Source: Treponema sp.
GTDB taxonomy: Bacteria > Spirochaetota > Spirochaetia > Treponematales > Breznakiellaceae
NCBI GenBank assembly: GCA_009784775.1
Contig: WQXQ01000001.1
Location: 5,355-69,354, forward strand
DNA: 64,000 bases
Direction: 5' to 3'
The notes under the pieces are model-generated. The model had not been told where the DNA came from, searched no databases, and saw only the letters and a list, made by a program, of their open reading frames with translations. Below are positions 29,036 to 39,453 of the stretch, piece after piece; position 1 is the first letter of the stretch; each line of letters starts with the position of its first letter. The position numbers were made by a program, and so were the translations under genes.

Positions 29036-30790
29036 ATGAAAAAATTACTTTTGGGTTTAGCCATTTTGGCGGTGGTTTTTACAACCAGCTGCGCAACCGG
29101 GCAGGGGAAAATAAAGTTCCCGTATGATAGCGATCACCTGGAAAAGGGCGAATACACTGAAGCGCGCGAATTATTGAGCACACAAAGGAGTAACAAGTTC
29201 TCCGAATATAACCTGAATAACGAGATCAGTTATTATCTGGATCGCGGTATGCTCGCCTACTATGCCGGGGATCATGCCGTTTCCAACGAAGATTTACTGG
29301 AAGCTGAACGCCTTATGGAAGAGGCGTTTACCAAAAGCGTTACAGAGCGTGTTAAACGGGTGTCAAAAAATGATCCATACAAAATTGAATATGTAGGCGA
29401 AGATTATGAAAACATTTACCTGAACGTTTTTACCGCCCTTAATTTTTACCAGCAGGGAAACATTGAAAGCGCGCAGGTGGAAATACGCAAGATGAATGAC
29501 AAAATGAAGTTTGTCGTAAATACTTATGAAGAATGGCTGGCAAGCATCGCACCGGACTGGCGGCAGCAAACAGCGGGTTCTCCGACATATTACTATAAAT
29601 CGGCGCTTGCCGGTTATTTGGGAATGTTATTCTGGAGGGCTGACGGAAATGAAGATTCCGCCCGTATCGACGCGCAGAGCATAAGCGACGCTTTCAAGGA
29701 AATGCCTGAAGTGTACTCACATCCTTTACCGCGGGAACTGGTCATGCGCGGGAATGTGAACGATGAGCTGTCAATCCCTGCCGGTATGGCAAGACTCAAT
29801 TTCATTGCATTTACCGGACTTTCCCCCCTTAAAACCGGGTATAATAGGGGACCCAGTCTTATAGTCCGCCGCTCCGAAGCTGATCGCATACAAATAGTGT
29901 TTGACAATGGCAACAGAATGAACCTTTCGCTTTTGGAGCCCATATCAAATGTGGTATACCAGATTGCGCGAACCCGGGAATTTTACAGAACGACCGGAGA
30001 AGAATTATTGAGAAAAGCAGGCACTCTTAAAGAAGGCATGGAATTTTTTGGAAACGTGGGTATTAACGCCGCCCTTTCATTATTTATGCCGCTTTTAGTA
30101 ACAAAAATTGCAGTTGAAATGATTGCAGAAAGTTCCAATAAAGCAAAAGGTGAATATGACACCATGGACAGGACTGTTGACAGACGCATGGGGCGCTTCA
30201 TCCCCGGCAGAGCATGGGTGGGAGGTATCAACCTACGCCCGGGCGAATATTCGTTTACCATAAACTATTACAAAGGAAATCAAATTATTAATTCCAGAAG
30301 AATAGAAAATTATCATGCAGAGGCTGGAAAACTTAACCTGGTGAATGACCACTACTTAAAACATGAAACTATTAGCGATAACCTGTATTGGGTATTTGAT
30401 AATGATACTGGTATATTTTTTACTCCTACTGGAGGTTATACTGTTCCAGGACCCAACGACCCCAGAGCAAAACCTTTACCCGATTATCCCGGAAGGCTTC
30501 CTGCCCCCAATGTAACATTGAGTAATATCGAAAGGAGAGAGGATTATCAATATATAGATGGTAATTGGAGAGGCACGGGAACTTACTACATGCAAGCAGA
30601 TATAACATGGGATCCGGTGCCGGGCGCTATTATGTATTATGTTTTTGAGTACACACTGCTAGAAAGAACAATGGGAACAAGTATCCGCGGTTCAGATTTT
30701 GGATATGGGATATATAAGATAATTGCATTCGGAAACGAAGGATATGGCCAGATAAGAACTGTAAATATGAAAGAAATGCTGAATCAATAG
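29036..30790 (+). CDS. COG3014-like TPR lipoprotein with an extra C-terminal domain
   Basis: Lipobox FTTS-C. YYLDRGML...SNEDLLEAERLMEE, YVGEDYENIYLN...ALNF...AQVEIRK pattern. Confidence 0.65.
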   Translation: MKKLLLGLAILAVVFTTSCATGQGKIKFPYDSDHLEKGEYTEARELLSTQRSNKFSEYNLNNEISYYLDRGMLAYYAGDHAVSNEDLLEAERLMEEAFTKSVTERVKRVSKNDPYKIEYVGEDYENIYLNVFTALNFYQQGNIESAQVEIRKMNDKMKFVVNTYEEWLASIAPDWRQQTAGSPTYYYKSALAGYLGMLFWRADGNEDSARIDAQSISDAFKEMPEVYSHPLPRELVMRGNVNDELSIPAGMARLNFIAFTGLSPLKTGYNRGPSLIVRRSEADRIQIVFDNGNRMNLSLLEPISNVVYQIARTREFYRTTGEELLRKAGTLKEGMEFFGNVGINAALSLFMPLLVTKIAVEMIAESSNKAKGEYDTMDRTVDRRMGRFIPGRAWVGGINLRPGEYSFTINYYKGNQIINSRRIENYHAEAGKLNLVNDHYLKHETISDNLYWVFDNDTGIFFTPTGGYTVPGPNDPRAKPLPDYPGRLPAPNVTLSNIERREDYQYIDGNWRGTGTYYMQADITWDPVPGAIMYYVFEYTLLERTMGTSIRGSDFGYGIYKIIAFGNEGYGQIRTVNMKEMLNQ

Positions 30791-30850
30791 TAGTGGGTAT
30801 AAGTACGTATGCACTTGCGCTTTTTTGCATAATAAAATACTCTTAATATT

Positions 30851-31414
30851 ATGATACAATTTATAATAAACGCCATTACATCGGTGTCGCCAGTGGAATT
30901 TTTCCTCATAATTATATTAAAATCCATTGAGGTGACAATAGCCACCTTGCGCATCATTTTAATCAGCAAGGGTTACCGCCGACAGGGTACCATGCTTTCA
31001 TTTGTGGAAGTACTGCTGTGGACTTTTATCGCGTCAAGGGTAATCATGGGTATTGCCGAAGCGCCCATAAAAGGCATTGCCTACAGTATCGGTTTTTCCA
31101 TAGGGGTCTTTCTGGGTTCAAAGATCGAAGCCCACATCGCAATGGGCCGGATTTTAATTCAGACCATTGTCTCAAAAGAAAATTCCGGCCCAATAACCGA
31201 ATGTCTGCGGGAAAAAGGTTACGCGGTTACCACTATCGACGCCCAGGGCAGGGATTCGCAGAAAGCGGTACTGATGATTTTTGCCAAACGCAAGGGCAAA
31301 GAAGAAATAATCAGCGAAATACAGCAGCTTGACGAATCCGCCATGATTATCACCAATGATGTAACCGCCCTGCATGGCGGAACCATTGCCGCCGCAAGGA
31401 AATGGTTAAAATAG
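30851..31414 (+). CDS. DUF5698/DUF2179 (UPF0316-like) membrane protein
   Basis: SIEVTIATLRIIL, SFVEVLLW, AYSIGFSIGVFLG, GYAVTTIDAQGRD. Confidence 0.75.
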   Translation: MIQFIINAITSVSPVEFFLIIILKSIEVTIATLRIILISKGYRRQGTMLSFVEVLLWTFIASRVIMGIAEAPIKGIAYSIGFSIGVFLGSKIEAHIAMGRILIQTIVSKENSGPITECLREKGYAVTTIDAQGRDSQKAVLMIFAKRKGKEEIISEIQQLDESAMIITNDVTALHGGTIAAARKWLK

Positions 31415-31490
31415 TTTGACTGCTTAAATGACCGTTAGGTGTTGATTTATTACGCCTAATGCTTTATAATCCGTAAGAGAGAGGTCCAAC

Positions 31491-33704
31491 GTGAAAATTG
31501 GTTTCAAACTTACGGTAATTATGATCGTGCTTAGCCTGTTCAGTACAGGCGCAGTCGGTATTACCCTGCTTATACAGGCAAGGGCAAATATCATTTCGCT
31601 TTCGCACGAGAAGGCCATTACTACTGCTCAGGATTATGCAGGGGAAATCAGGAATTTCTTTTCATCGTACTGGTTCACTGCCGAGACCATTGCGAGTGTA
31701 ATGGAAAATTATGACACCATTTCTGAATATAACCGGCGTTCTTTTATCAATGCCATGCTCAAGGCCGAAGTGGAAAAATACGATGATGTTACCGGAATTT
31801 GGGTTATTTGGGAACCAGATGTTCTGGAAGGCAATGATCAGCGGTATATTGGAACGCCCGGAACGACTGACTATGGACGCTTTACCCCTTATTGGTACCG
31901 TGATGGAACCAATATTTTTATGTACGCTCTGCCTGAAGAGGAATTTAATGATCCTGAAGCTGGCGATTACTATCATGTTCCAAGAGAAGCGGGTCGTACC
32001 ATGCTTTTGGATCCTTATCTTGATGACGTAGGCGGAACCATGATTTTGAATACTACTATTGCAGTGCCCATATTTTCCCGTGATCAGCCTCGTAAGGTAC
32101 TGGGGGTGGTTGGGATAGACATCAGCGTGGATACCATTCAAAAAATGTCCGAGAACCATATGCCATTTGGCAGCGGTTATACGGCTGTTTTCAGTAATGA
32201 TGGTACCATAGTCGCTCACTTTGATGCCAGCCGGTTAGGGGAGTCTATGCAGGAAACCGAACAGGATATGGCGGGTCCCTATCTTGATGATTTGGTGGAA
32301 GCGGTTACGAATGGCAAGCTATTTTACTTTACGCATTATATTGCGTCAGCAAAAGGGAGTTTTAACATTGTCGCGACTCCCATTTTTATCGGACAATACG
32401 GTGATTGCTGGAATTATACGATAGCTATTCCGATTAATACCATTACGTCTGCGGTAAACCAGATGTTATATATCGTTATCATCATCAGCGCGATTGTGCT
32501 AACATTGGTAATTCTGGCGTCAGTAATCCTGTCCCGCTCGTTAAGCAAACCAATTCTTACGGTAACCGATACCCTTAAGGATATATCCGAAGGCGAAGGG
32601 GATCTAACCCGCAGCATTATTGTCAATTCCAACGATGAAATTGGCAGTCTGGCACATTACTTCAATCTGACTCTGGAAAAAATCAAAAATCTTATTATCG
32701 TCATCAAAAAACAGACAGTGACTCTTCACGGCATCGGCGATGAGTTGTCCGGTAACATGACTGATACTGTTGCGGCTGTCAATACCATTACCTCCAATAT
32801 CCGAACTGTGAAAGACCATGTATTGAACCAGAGCGCCAGCGTCAGTGAAACGCATGCAACAATGGAACAGATGACTCAAAACATCAATAAACTCAATAAG
32901 TATGTTGAAAATCAAAGCAAACATATTTCTTATGCTTCATCCGCCATTGAGGAAATGGCAGCCAATATTCAGTCAGTTAACGGAACGCTTGCCAATAATG
33001 TTGTCAATGTACATGTTTTGAAAGAAGCATCCATGGTTGGACATACCGGATTACAGGAAGTGTCAAAAGACATTCAGGAAATAGCCCGTGAGTCCGAAGG
33101 TATTTTGGAAATTAACTCGGTAATGGAAAACATTGCCAGCCAGACTAATCTATTGTCAATGAATGCCGCGATAGAAGCCGCCCACGCAGGCGAAGCAGGC
33201 AGGGGCTTTGCAGTTGTTGCGGCGGAAATTCGCAAGTTGGCGGAAAGTTCCGGCAAGCAGTCTCAAACTATCAGTAATGTTTTGAAAAAAATAAAAGGTT
33301 CCATTGACAAAATTACCAGCTCAACCGAAAATGTGCTTAATCGGTTTGATGCCATTAATACAAGTGTCAGAACTGTTGCGGAACAGGAAGAAGTTATTCG
33401 CAATGCAATGGAGGAACAGGGAGCGGGAAGCAAACAGATTCTTGAAGGGGTGAGCAATGTAAATGAAATAACCCGGCAGGTACAAGACGGATCCCGGCAA
33501 ATGTTTGCGCGTTCCGAAGAAGTGATTGAAGAAAGTACAAGTCTTGAAAAGTCAACGCAGAAAATAACCACCGGTATGAACGATATAGCTCTGGGTGCTG
33601 AACATATTAATGTAACGATTAATCGGGTTAACGCAATTTGTGACAAGAACCGGGGAAACATTGAGCTATTGGTCAGGGAAGTCTCAAAGTTTAAGGTTGA
33701 GTAG
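31491..33704 (+). CDS. Methyl-accepting chemotaxis protein (Cache sensor, HAMP, MA domain)
   Basis: TM-Cache (GDYYHVP...LDPY)-TM-HAMP (GDLTRSI...DEIG). Signalling core [38 protein letters not shown]. Confidence 0.95.
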   Translation: MKIGFKLTVIMIVLSLFSTGAVGITLLIQARANIISLSHEKAITTAQDYAGEIRNFFSSYWFTAETIASVMENYDTISEYNRRSFINAMLKAEVEKYDDVTGIWVIWEPDVLEGNDQRYIGTPGTTDYGRFTPYWYRDGTNIFMYALPEEEFNDPEAGDYYHVPREAGRTMLLDPYLDDVGGTMILNTTIAVPIFSRDQPRKVLGVVGIDISVDTIQKMSENHMPFGSGYTAVFSNDGTIVAHFDASRLGESMQETEQDMAGPYLDDLVEAVTNGKLFYFTHYIASAKGSFNIVATPIFIGQYGDCWNYTIAIPINTITSAVNQMLYIVIIISAIVLTLVILASVILSRSLSKPILTVTDTLKDISEGEGDLTRSIIVNSNDEIGSLAHYFNLTLEKIKNLIIVIKKQTVTLHGIGDELSGNMTDTVAAVNTITSNIRTVKDHVLNQSASVSETHATMEQMTQNINKLNKYVENQSKHISYASSAIEEMAANIQSVNGTLANNVVNVHVLKEASMVGHTGLQEVSKDIQEIARESEGILEINSVMENIASQTNLLSMNAAIEAAHAGEAGRGFAVVAAEIRKLAESSGKQSQTISNVLKKIKGSIDKITSSTENVLNRFDAINTSVRTVAEQEEVIRNAMEEQGAGSKQILEGVSNVNEITRQVQDGSRQMFARSEEVIEESTSLEKSTQKITTGMNDIALGAEHINVTINRVNAICDKNRGNIELLVREVSKFKVE

Positions 33705-33706
33705 CC

Positions 33707-35854
33707 TTATTCGCCGACTGTACTTCGCCGGACAATGAACTCCTGCTTTACCGGCCCGGGGCCGTCGGAATCCCGCGCTGCACGGGAAAGCATATCTTTC
33801 TGAATGCGGAACGGTGTTTCGCCGGATGACGGGCTCAGCCGTTTCCACACGCCATCGGAACCAAGAACCCGTGCCTGGCAATTGTCGCGGAAATAGGCAG
33901 CCAGTACGCTGATAAGCTCGACCCGTATTTTTTCATCCAGAATGGGAAACAGTAGTTCAACACGGCGCTCAAGGTTGCGGGGCATCATATCCGCGCTGGA
34001 AAGGTACAGTTCTTCCGCGCCGCCGTTGGCAAAATAGTACATTCGTGAATGTTCAAGGTAATGGTCAATAATGCTAATCACCCGAATATTTTCGGAAAGT
34101 CCGGAAACGCCGGGAACCAGAGCGCATATTCCCCTGACGCACAGGAAACATTTTACCCCAGCCTGGGAAGCGCGGTACAGCGCGTTTATGATATCAATAT
34201 CAGTAAGAGAATTACACTTTATCATAATTTTGCTGGAGTACTTTTGGTCGGCTCGTCCTGCTTCGCGTTCAATAAGTTCCAGCAGCCGGGGTTTAAGATC
34301 GTACGGAGCAATTGCCAGCCGCCGCGTGGACTGTTTTTGCGAATAGCCGGTAATCATGTTAAAAAGCAGGCCGGCATCGTAGGCAATTTCATCGCGGCAG
34401 GTAAACAGGCAAATATCTTCATACGTTTTGGCTGTTTTGTCGTTGTAGTTGCCGGTGGAAAGGTGCACATAACGTTTGATCCGTTCATGTTCGCGGCGCA
34501 GTACCATGGTAACTTTCGCGTGTACCTTAAGTTTTGAAAGTCCGTATACCACAATAACGCCGGCTTTCTCCAGCCGGTTTGCCCAGGAAATATTTCGCCC
34601 TTCGTCAAAGCGGGCTTTCAGTTCAACCAATGCCGTTACGTGCTTGCCGTTCAGGGCAGCCTGTTCCAATGCCCGCACTATGGGCGATATTGCCTGAAGA
34701 TTTCCCGCGTTTCCGCCGGTACGATACAGGGCGGTCTTGATTGAAATAACCTGGGGATCCGCAGCGGCTTCCTGAAAAAAACGAACTACCGGATCAAAAG
34801 ATTGATAGGGAAAATGGAGTACTACATCGCCATAACTCAGGCGATCCCAAACTGAAATATCATCGGAAAAACCGGGCGCCGCATGAATCTTCCAGGGTTT
34901 TTCCTGAAATTGTTCAAAGCCCGTAACGCTGGCCAATTCCATAAGATTACTGGGATTAAAAGGTCCGTCAACCTCATACAAGTGATCGCTGTCAAGAGAA
35001 AATCGTTTTGCCAGTTCGTCCCGTAACCTGATGCTGCCGGGGGAATAGACCATCCGCACGACCTCGGATTTTTCCCTGCCTTCAATCACCTCTTCCATTG
35101 CCTCAATAAAGTCTTCGTCCCGCTGTTCGTCAACAGAAAAATCGGCATCACGGTTTACTTTGAACAGCATACTTTCCTGCACATGGTAACCGGGGAAAAA
35201 ATAGCTTCCCCAGGTGAGTATCACATCATCCAGCAGCGCCCATCGCAGTTTGTCCTCGGACGGCAGCCAGATAATCCGGCTTAAGGAAGAGGGAAGCTGT
35301 ACCATAACCAAACGTTCAGCTTCGTCGTTTTCGATTTCTTCTGCGGCTAACAGGAAAGCGGCATTGATGCTGCGGCTTTCAAAAAAAGGCAAAGGCTTTT
35401 CATCCTCAATACGCAGCGGTGTAAGGATGGGATATATTTGTTCAAGAAAAAAAGATTCCAGAAAATCCATCTGGGGGACGGTATACGAATCGGGACGGAC
35501 CAGTTCAAGGCCTTCATTGGCAAGGCCGGGAAAAATTTCGCCCAGAAGGCTGTCATACAAACGGCGAATTATCGAATGGGCTTTTTCGGAAATGACTTTC
35601 AACTGTTCTGCCGGAGCCAGACCGGATGGATCCCCTGCAAGCCCGGCTTTATACGCTCGTTTAATTGCCGCTACCCGTACCATGAAAAATTCATCAAAAT
35701 TGGACAACACGATCGACAAAAAGCGGAACCGCTCAAACAGAGGCAAATTCTTCTGCAGCCCTTCTTCCAGTACCCGCTCGTTAAAGTCTACCCACGATAC
35801 ATCGCGGTTAAAATACTGGGCAGGGGTTGGAGACAATTCAGTTTCATTACTCAT
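33707..35854 (-). CDS. ppk1: Polyphosphate kinase 1
   Basis: FNRDVSWVDFNERVL, VELKARFDE, KVHAK, HLSTGNYN, YLEHSR, SSADMMPRNLERRVE. Confidence 0.97.
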   Translation of the reverse strand: MSNETELSPTPAQYFNRDVSWVDFNERVLEEGLQKNLPLFERFRFLSIVLSNFDEFFMVRVAAIKRAYKAGLAGDPSGLAPAEQLKVISEKAHSIIRRLYDSLLGEIFPGLANEGLELVRPDSYTVPQMDFLESFFLEQIYPILTPLRIEDEKPLPFFESRSINAAFLLAAEEIENDEAERLVMVQLPSSLSRIIWLPSEDKLRWALLDDVILTWGSYFFPGYHVQESMLFKVNRDADFSVDEQRDEDFIEAMEEVIEGREKSEVVRMVYSPGSIRLRDELAKRFSLDSDHLYEVDGPFNPSNLMELASVTGFEQFQEKPWKIHAAPGFSDDISVWDRLSYGDVVLHFPYQSFDPVVRFFQEAAADPQVISIKTALYRTGGNAGNLQAISPIVRALEQAALNGKHVTALVELKARFDEGRNISWANRLEKAGVIVVYGLSKLKVHAKVTMVLRREHERIKRYVHLSTGNYNDKTAKTYEDICLFTCRDEIAYDAGLLFNMITGYSQKQSTRRLAIAPYDLKPRLLELIEREAGRADQKYSSKIMIKCNSLTDIDIINALYRASQAGVKCFLCVRGICALVPGVSGLSENIRVISIIDHYLEHSRMYYFANGGAEELYLSSADMMPRNLERRVELLFPILDEKIRVELISVLAAYFRDNCQARVLGSDGVWKRLSPSSGETPFRIQKDMLSRAARDSDGPGPVKQEFIVRRSTVGE

Positions 35855-35926
35855 TATCTTTTAATTATACTTGCAAAACGGTTAAAAATAAATAGGCAAA
35901 AAGCATATCCTTGAGTACAATGAACT

Positions 35927-37036
35927 ATGCCACATACATTACATGAAACCGAAGAACGGCAAAAACGAGCCTTGCTGGTCAGTCTGAGCGATGAAAAGGG
36001 CGATGCCGGCCACGAATTGCGAGGGCTTGCGGAAACGCTGGAATTGGGCATTGCCGGGCACGAAATAATTCGTGTGCGGGATAAGCAGCCCAAATTCGGC
36101 ATGGGCAGCGGAAAGGCTGCGGAATTGGCGGAAAAAGCCGCCCAGCTTGAGGCGGATTGCATCGTGTTTGACTGGGAGATAAGCCCCACCCAACAGCGGA
36201 ACTGGGAGAACCTTGCCGGAATTTCCGTATTGGACCGGCAGGAGCTGATAATCCAAATATTTGCCGCACGGGCTGCCACCCGAGAGGCGTCTTTGCAGGT
36301 GCAGCTTGCCGAATTACAGTACCGGCTGCCCCGGCTTGCCCACAAGTACATCGACCTTTCCCGGCAGCGCGGCGGGCGCTACGGCACCAAAGGCGCCGGT
36401 GAAACACGGCTGGAAACCGACCGCCGCCAAATTGAGCAGCGTATCCATAAACTGGAAAAAGAAATTGAAGAAGTGGCAAAACAGCGGCAGGTGCAGCGGC
36501 GGCAGCGGGAACGCCAGGGTTTACCGGTTTGCGCCATTGTGGGTTATACCAATGCGGGCAAATCCTGCCTGTTAAATGCCCTTACCGGCGCATCTGTGTT
36601 GGTTGAAAATAAACTGTTTGCAACGCTGGATGCCACTACCCGCCGTTTTGAACCCGCTCCTGGCGTAACGGCGCTGTTAACCGATACGGTAGGGTTTATC
36701 CGGCGCTTACCCCATTCCCTGATTAAGGCATTCCGGTCAACACTGGAAGAAGCAGCCCATGCCAGCCTTTTGCTCCATGTTCTTGACGCATCGGACCCCA
36801 ACATTGATGACTGTTACCGGACAACCGTTTCGGTGCTGCAAGAGCTGGGGGCAGGGGAAATTCCCGTCGTCACCGTGCTGAATAAGATCGATAACATTGA
36901 AGATATGGCGCAGATAGAAGCCCTGCTTGCCCGCTTTCCCGAAAGCCTTGCAGTGTCGGCCAAAAAAGGCAAAGGACTTGATGCGCTGAAATGCCATATT
37001 GCGCCTAAATTGGGTAATTTTCGGAAAATTCCATAA
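35927..37036 (+). CDS. hflX: Ribosome-splitting GTPase HflX
   Basis: GSGKAAEL, LIIQIFAARA, GETRLETDRR, G1 GYTNAGKS, DTVGF, NKID. Confidence 0.96.
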   Translation: MPHTLHETEERQKRALLVSLSDEKGDAGHELRGLAETLELGIAGHEIIRVRDKQPKFGMGSGKAAELAEKAAQLEADCIVFDWEISPTQQRNWENLAGISVLDRQELIIQIFAARAATREASLQVQLAELQYRLPRLAHKYIDLSRQRGGRYGTKGAGETRLETDRRQIEQRIHKLEKEIEEVAKQRQVQRRQRERQGLPVCAIVGYTNAGKSCLLNALTGASVLVENKLFATLDATTRRFEPAPGVTALLTDTVGFIRRLPHSLIKAFRSTLEEAAHASLLLHVLDASDPNIDDCYRTTVSVLQELGAGEIPVVTVLNKIDNIEDMAQIEALLARFPESLAVSAKKGKGLDALKCHIAPKLGNFRKIP

Positions 37037-37108
37037 AATCCAATGTAGAATTCGGCTTTTAACTTGTTTTTGATACCTCCGTGCACTATCTTTTATAATA
37101 GGTACAAT

Positions 37109-39451
37109 ATGCGCAAAAAATCCGGCGGAGTATTATTCGCCCTCCTGATAGGTCTCGTCTTTTACTCTTGTTCCGATATTTCTCTGCCCCAACGAGTGGA
37201 AATACAGGGAAGTTTCGACCCAATGATAAAAATAGGGGCAAGCAATTGGGGCATTATAGCGGCTCAGGCTTTTAGAGAAGCCTTTTTTGGAGAAAGAACC
37301 GAAGATGCGTCCGCAGGTTCGGGATCTTTGCTGGGAGGTCTTGAAACCATAGACTTTGGCGGAGATGTATACAATGTGTATTATGGATTACAGCAAATAG
37401 AACAGGCGTTTTGTTTTTATATCCATACTGAAATGACCTATCCTCTTGATGTTGATGAGTATTTGGAAATAGTCGGTGAGGCGCTGGCGAAAATTGGTTA
37501 TGAGGATCTCCAAATCAATTATACCATTAATACAGCGCCCTGGCAAAAAATTACTTTGCACGCCATACCCGTTCCTGTTCCTGTCGCCTTTGGTACTCCT
37601 GTTCCTTTGTCCGGTTCTGTCTCACTAACTATGGGCGCTAATTTTCTGCATACGGAAATTGGGGAAGGCGCTCTTACCATAAACCTGTATCGCGGGGGCG
37701 TTATCGTCGATAATATTGATATAATACCCAATATCACCATTACGCAAGCCGACATTCCTTCCTATCCCGGCTTGTTTTTGACTGCGACAAATGCTTCGAC
37801 ACATTTAAATGGTCAACACATAAACACCAATCCTGTACAACTGGGCGGTTCAATAAGTCTGGAACCAAAACCCGGCGCGGTCATCAGTCCCGAAACACTG
37901 GAGATGAGAATAGAAATAAGTCTTACTCTTCTGGAACGATTGCATTGGAGATTTGACGGCAGTATTAGAGATGAACTTAACCCCGAAGTGTATCCCATTT
38001 CCCTTAAACACATGGCTCCCTATGTAGAATATATTGATTTTGATGAAAAAGAAGAAGGTGACGAAACAATTGACGCAGGCATAGGGATATATTTTCATTT
38101 TGATGAAATGGTGAGCGGACTTGAACTGGCCATAAGTTGTAATACCCTGAATATCTTTCCGAAAGATGATCATGAAGTATTTGCAGATGCAGAATTTAAG
38201 CCGTTGGTAAGCAATATGCCTATCGTCTTCAGCAGTGCGGCAAACCATGCTCTTGAGCCTGGTGATACATCTTTTGATAAAGATTTTTATCGTCTGGATA
38301 TGCCGGATGGAGAAATTAAAGAGCAGTTTATAAATGAAGAAATACAATTTGAATTCAGGATGGAATTACGTCCCGCAGGCGGCGGCGATGTGTTGACTCT
38401 TGAAAATATAAGAACTGATATACCGCCCAAAATAATGGGAGAAGCGAGGTTTTTTCAGAATTGGAGAAGAGCGCTCATAAACATGAATAATGCCGTAAAA
38501 GCCGCGACTTCTGATGATGAGGTAATAATTGGCAAAAAAAATAGAATTCCCAATACCGAAGAAGGAATAGAAGATCCTATAGACCTATCCCTAATGGATA
38601 AATATATAACCGGCTTCACTTTTGAAAATATAAAAGGAAAACTGTATCTGCACGGCCCGAATAAAACCATTGCAGACATAAATGCGGAAATTTCCTTTTT
38701 TGCGTATTACAATGAGGAACAAACAAAAATAAAATTGTGCGAGGAAAGATCGCCGTTAGTGCTGGATAATATAGGCATAGCCATAGATGATTATCTCAGT
38801 TCAAGCGGAGCTTATGCCAGTCAGGCGCTGCCGGATAAGGCAAGGGGAACAGAATTTGAGTTAACCAGTGAGTTTAATGAAATATTTTTCCATATGCCTG
38901 AAGATTTATTTTTTGAATATATAATCGATATGCCGGAATTCCTGCCTGTATATCCGCATATGTTTACCGATGGACCGGGCAGCGATAAAACCCCTGCCGG
39001 AAGTAAAATTGTCGCGACTATTATGATATATCTGCCTATGGTATTGGTTGCAGTAGAAGACAATGCCAGAGTTATGTACCCGGATATGTTCGGCGAAAAT
39101 GCAAAAGACCTGTTCGGCAGGGAATCGGAAAATGAGAACCTTATTCCCGCTTCGCTGGATCTGGAGTATATGCGATTTTCTGTCGATTTTGCCACTGCCA
39201 TGTTTGCAGGCGGAAAATTGTTCCTTGAAAAAAATACGCCAATATTATTTGATCCTTTGGGTATTCCGGTGAACGGCAGAACGATAACGCTTGATCTATC
39301 CCGTAATCAATTTGATGTAATAAAAGATAATTTAATAGAACCAGATTTCTATGTGGAATTTAACGAAGGCTCAAAAATAACTATCCCCAGAAATCTGGGA
39401 GTAACCAGTGTCGGGTTTACAGTCAAAGGCAAATACGAGCTGGAGTTGTAG
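37109..39451 (+). CDS. Uncharacterised acidic beta-rich lipoprotein (780 aa)
   Basis: ATG 37109 gives MRKKSGGVLFALLIGLVFYS-C (lipobox). The TTG start at 37064 is not needed. Confidence 0.7.
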   Translation: MRKKSGGVLFALLIGLVFYSCSDISLPQRVEIQGSFDPMIKIGASNWGIIAAQAFREAFFGERTEDASAGSGSLLGGLETIDFGGDVYNVYYGLQQIEQAFCFYIHTEMTYPLDVDEYLEIVGEALAKIGYEDLQINYTINTAPWQKITLHAIPVPVPVAFGTPVPLSGSVSLTMGANFLHTEIGEGALTINLYRGGVIVDNIDIIPNITITQADIPSYPGLFLTATNASTHLNGQHINTNPVQLGGSISLEPKPGAVISPETLEMRIEISLTLLERLHWRFDGSIRDELNPEVYPISLKHMAPYVEYIDFDEKEEGDETIDAGIGIYFHFDEMVSGLELAISCNTLNIFPKDDHEVFADAEFKPLVSNMPIVFSSAANHALEPGDTSFDKDFYRLDMPDGEIKEQFINEEIQFEFRMELRPAGGGDVLTLENIRTDIPPKIMGEARFFQNWRRALINMNNAVKAATSDDEVIIGKKNRIPNTEEGIEDPIDLSLMDKYITGFTFENIKGKLYLHGPNKTIADINAEISFFAYYNEEQTKIKLCEERSPLVLDNIGIAIDDYLSSSGAYASQALPDKARGTEFELTSEFNEIFFHMPEDLFFEYIIDMPEFLPVYPHMFTDGPGSDKTPAGSKIVATIMIYLPMVLVAVEDNARVMYPDMFGENAKDLFGRESENENLIPASLDLEYMRFSVDFATAMFAGGKLFLEKNTPILFDPLGIPVNGRTITLDLSRNQFDVIKDNLIEPDFYVEFNEGSKITIPRNLGVTSVGFTVKGKYELEL

Positions 39452-39453
39452 CA

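Noticed and set aside
33700-33710. Convergent MCP and ppk1 stops 2 nt apart with no terminator
   Set aside because: Tight convergent packing also occurs at 40857/40870 and 45015/45023, so it looks like ordinary genome compaction.
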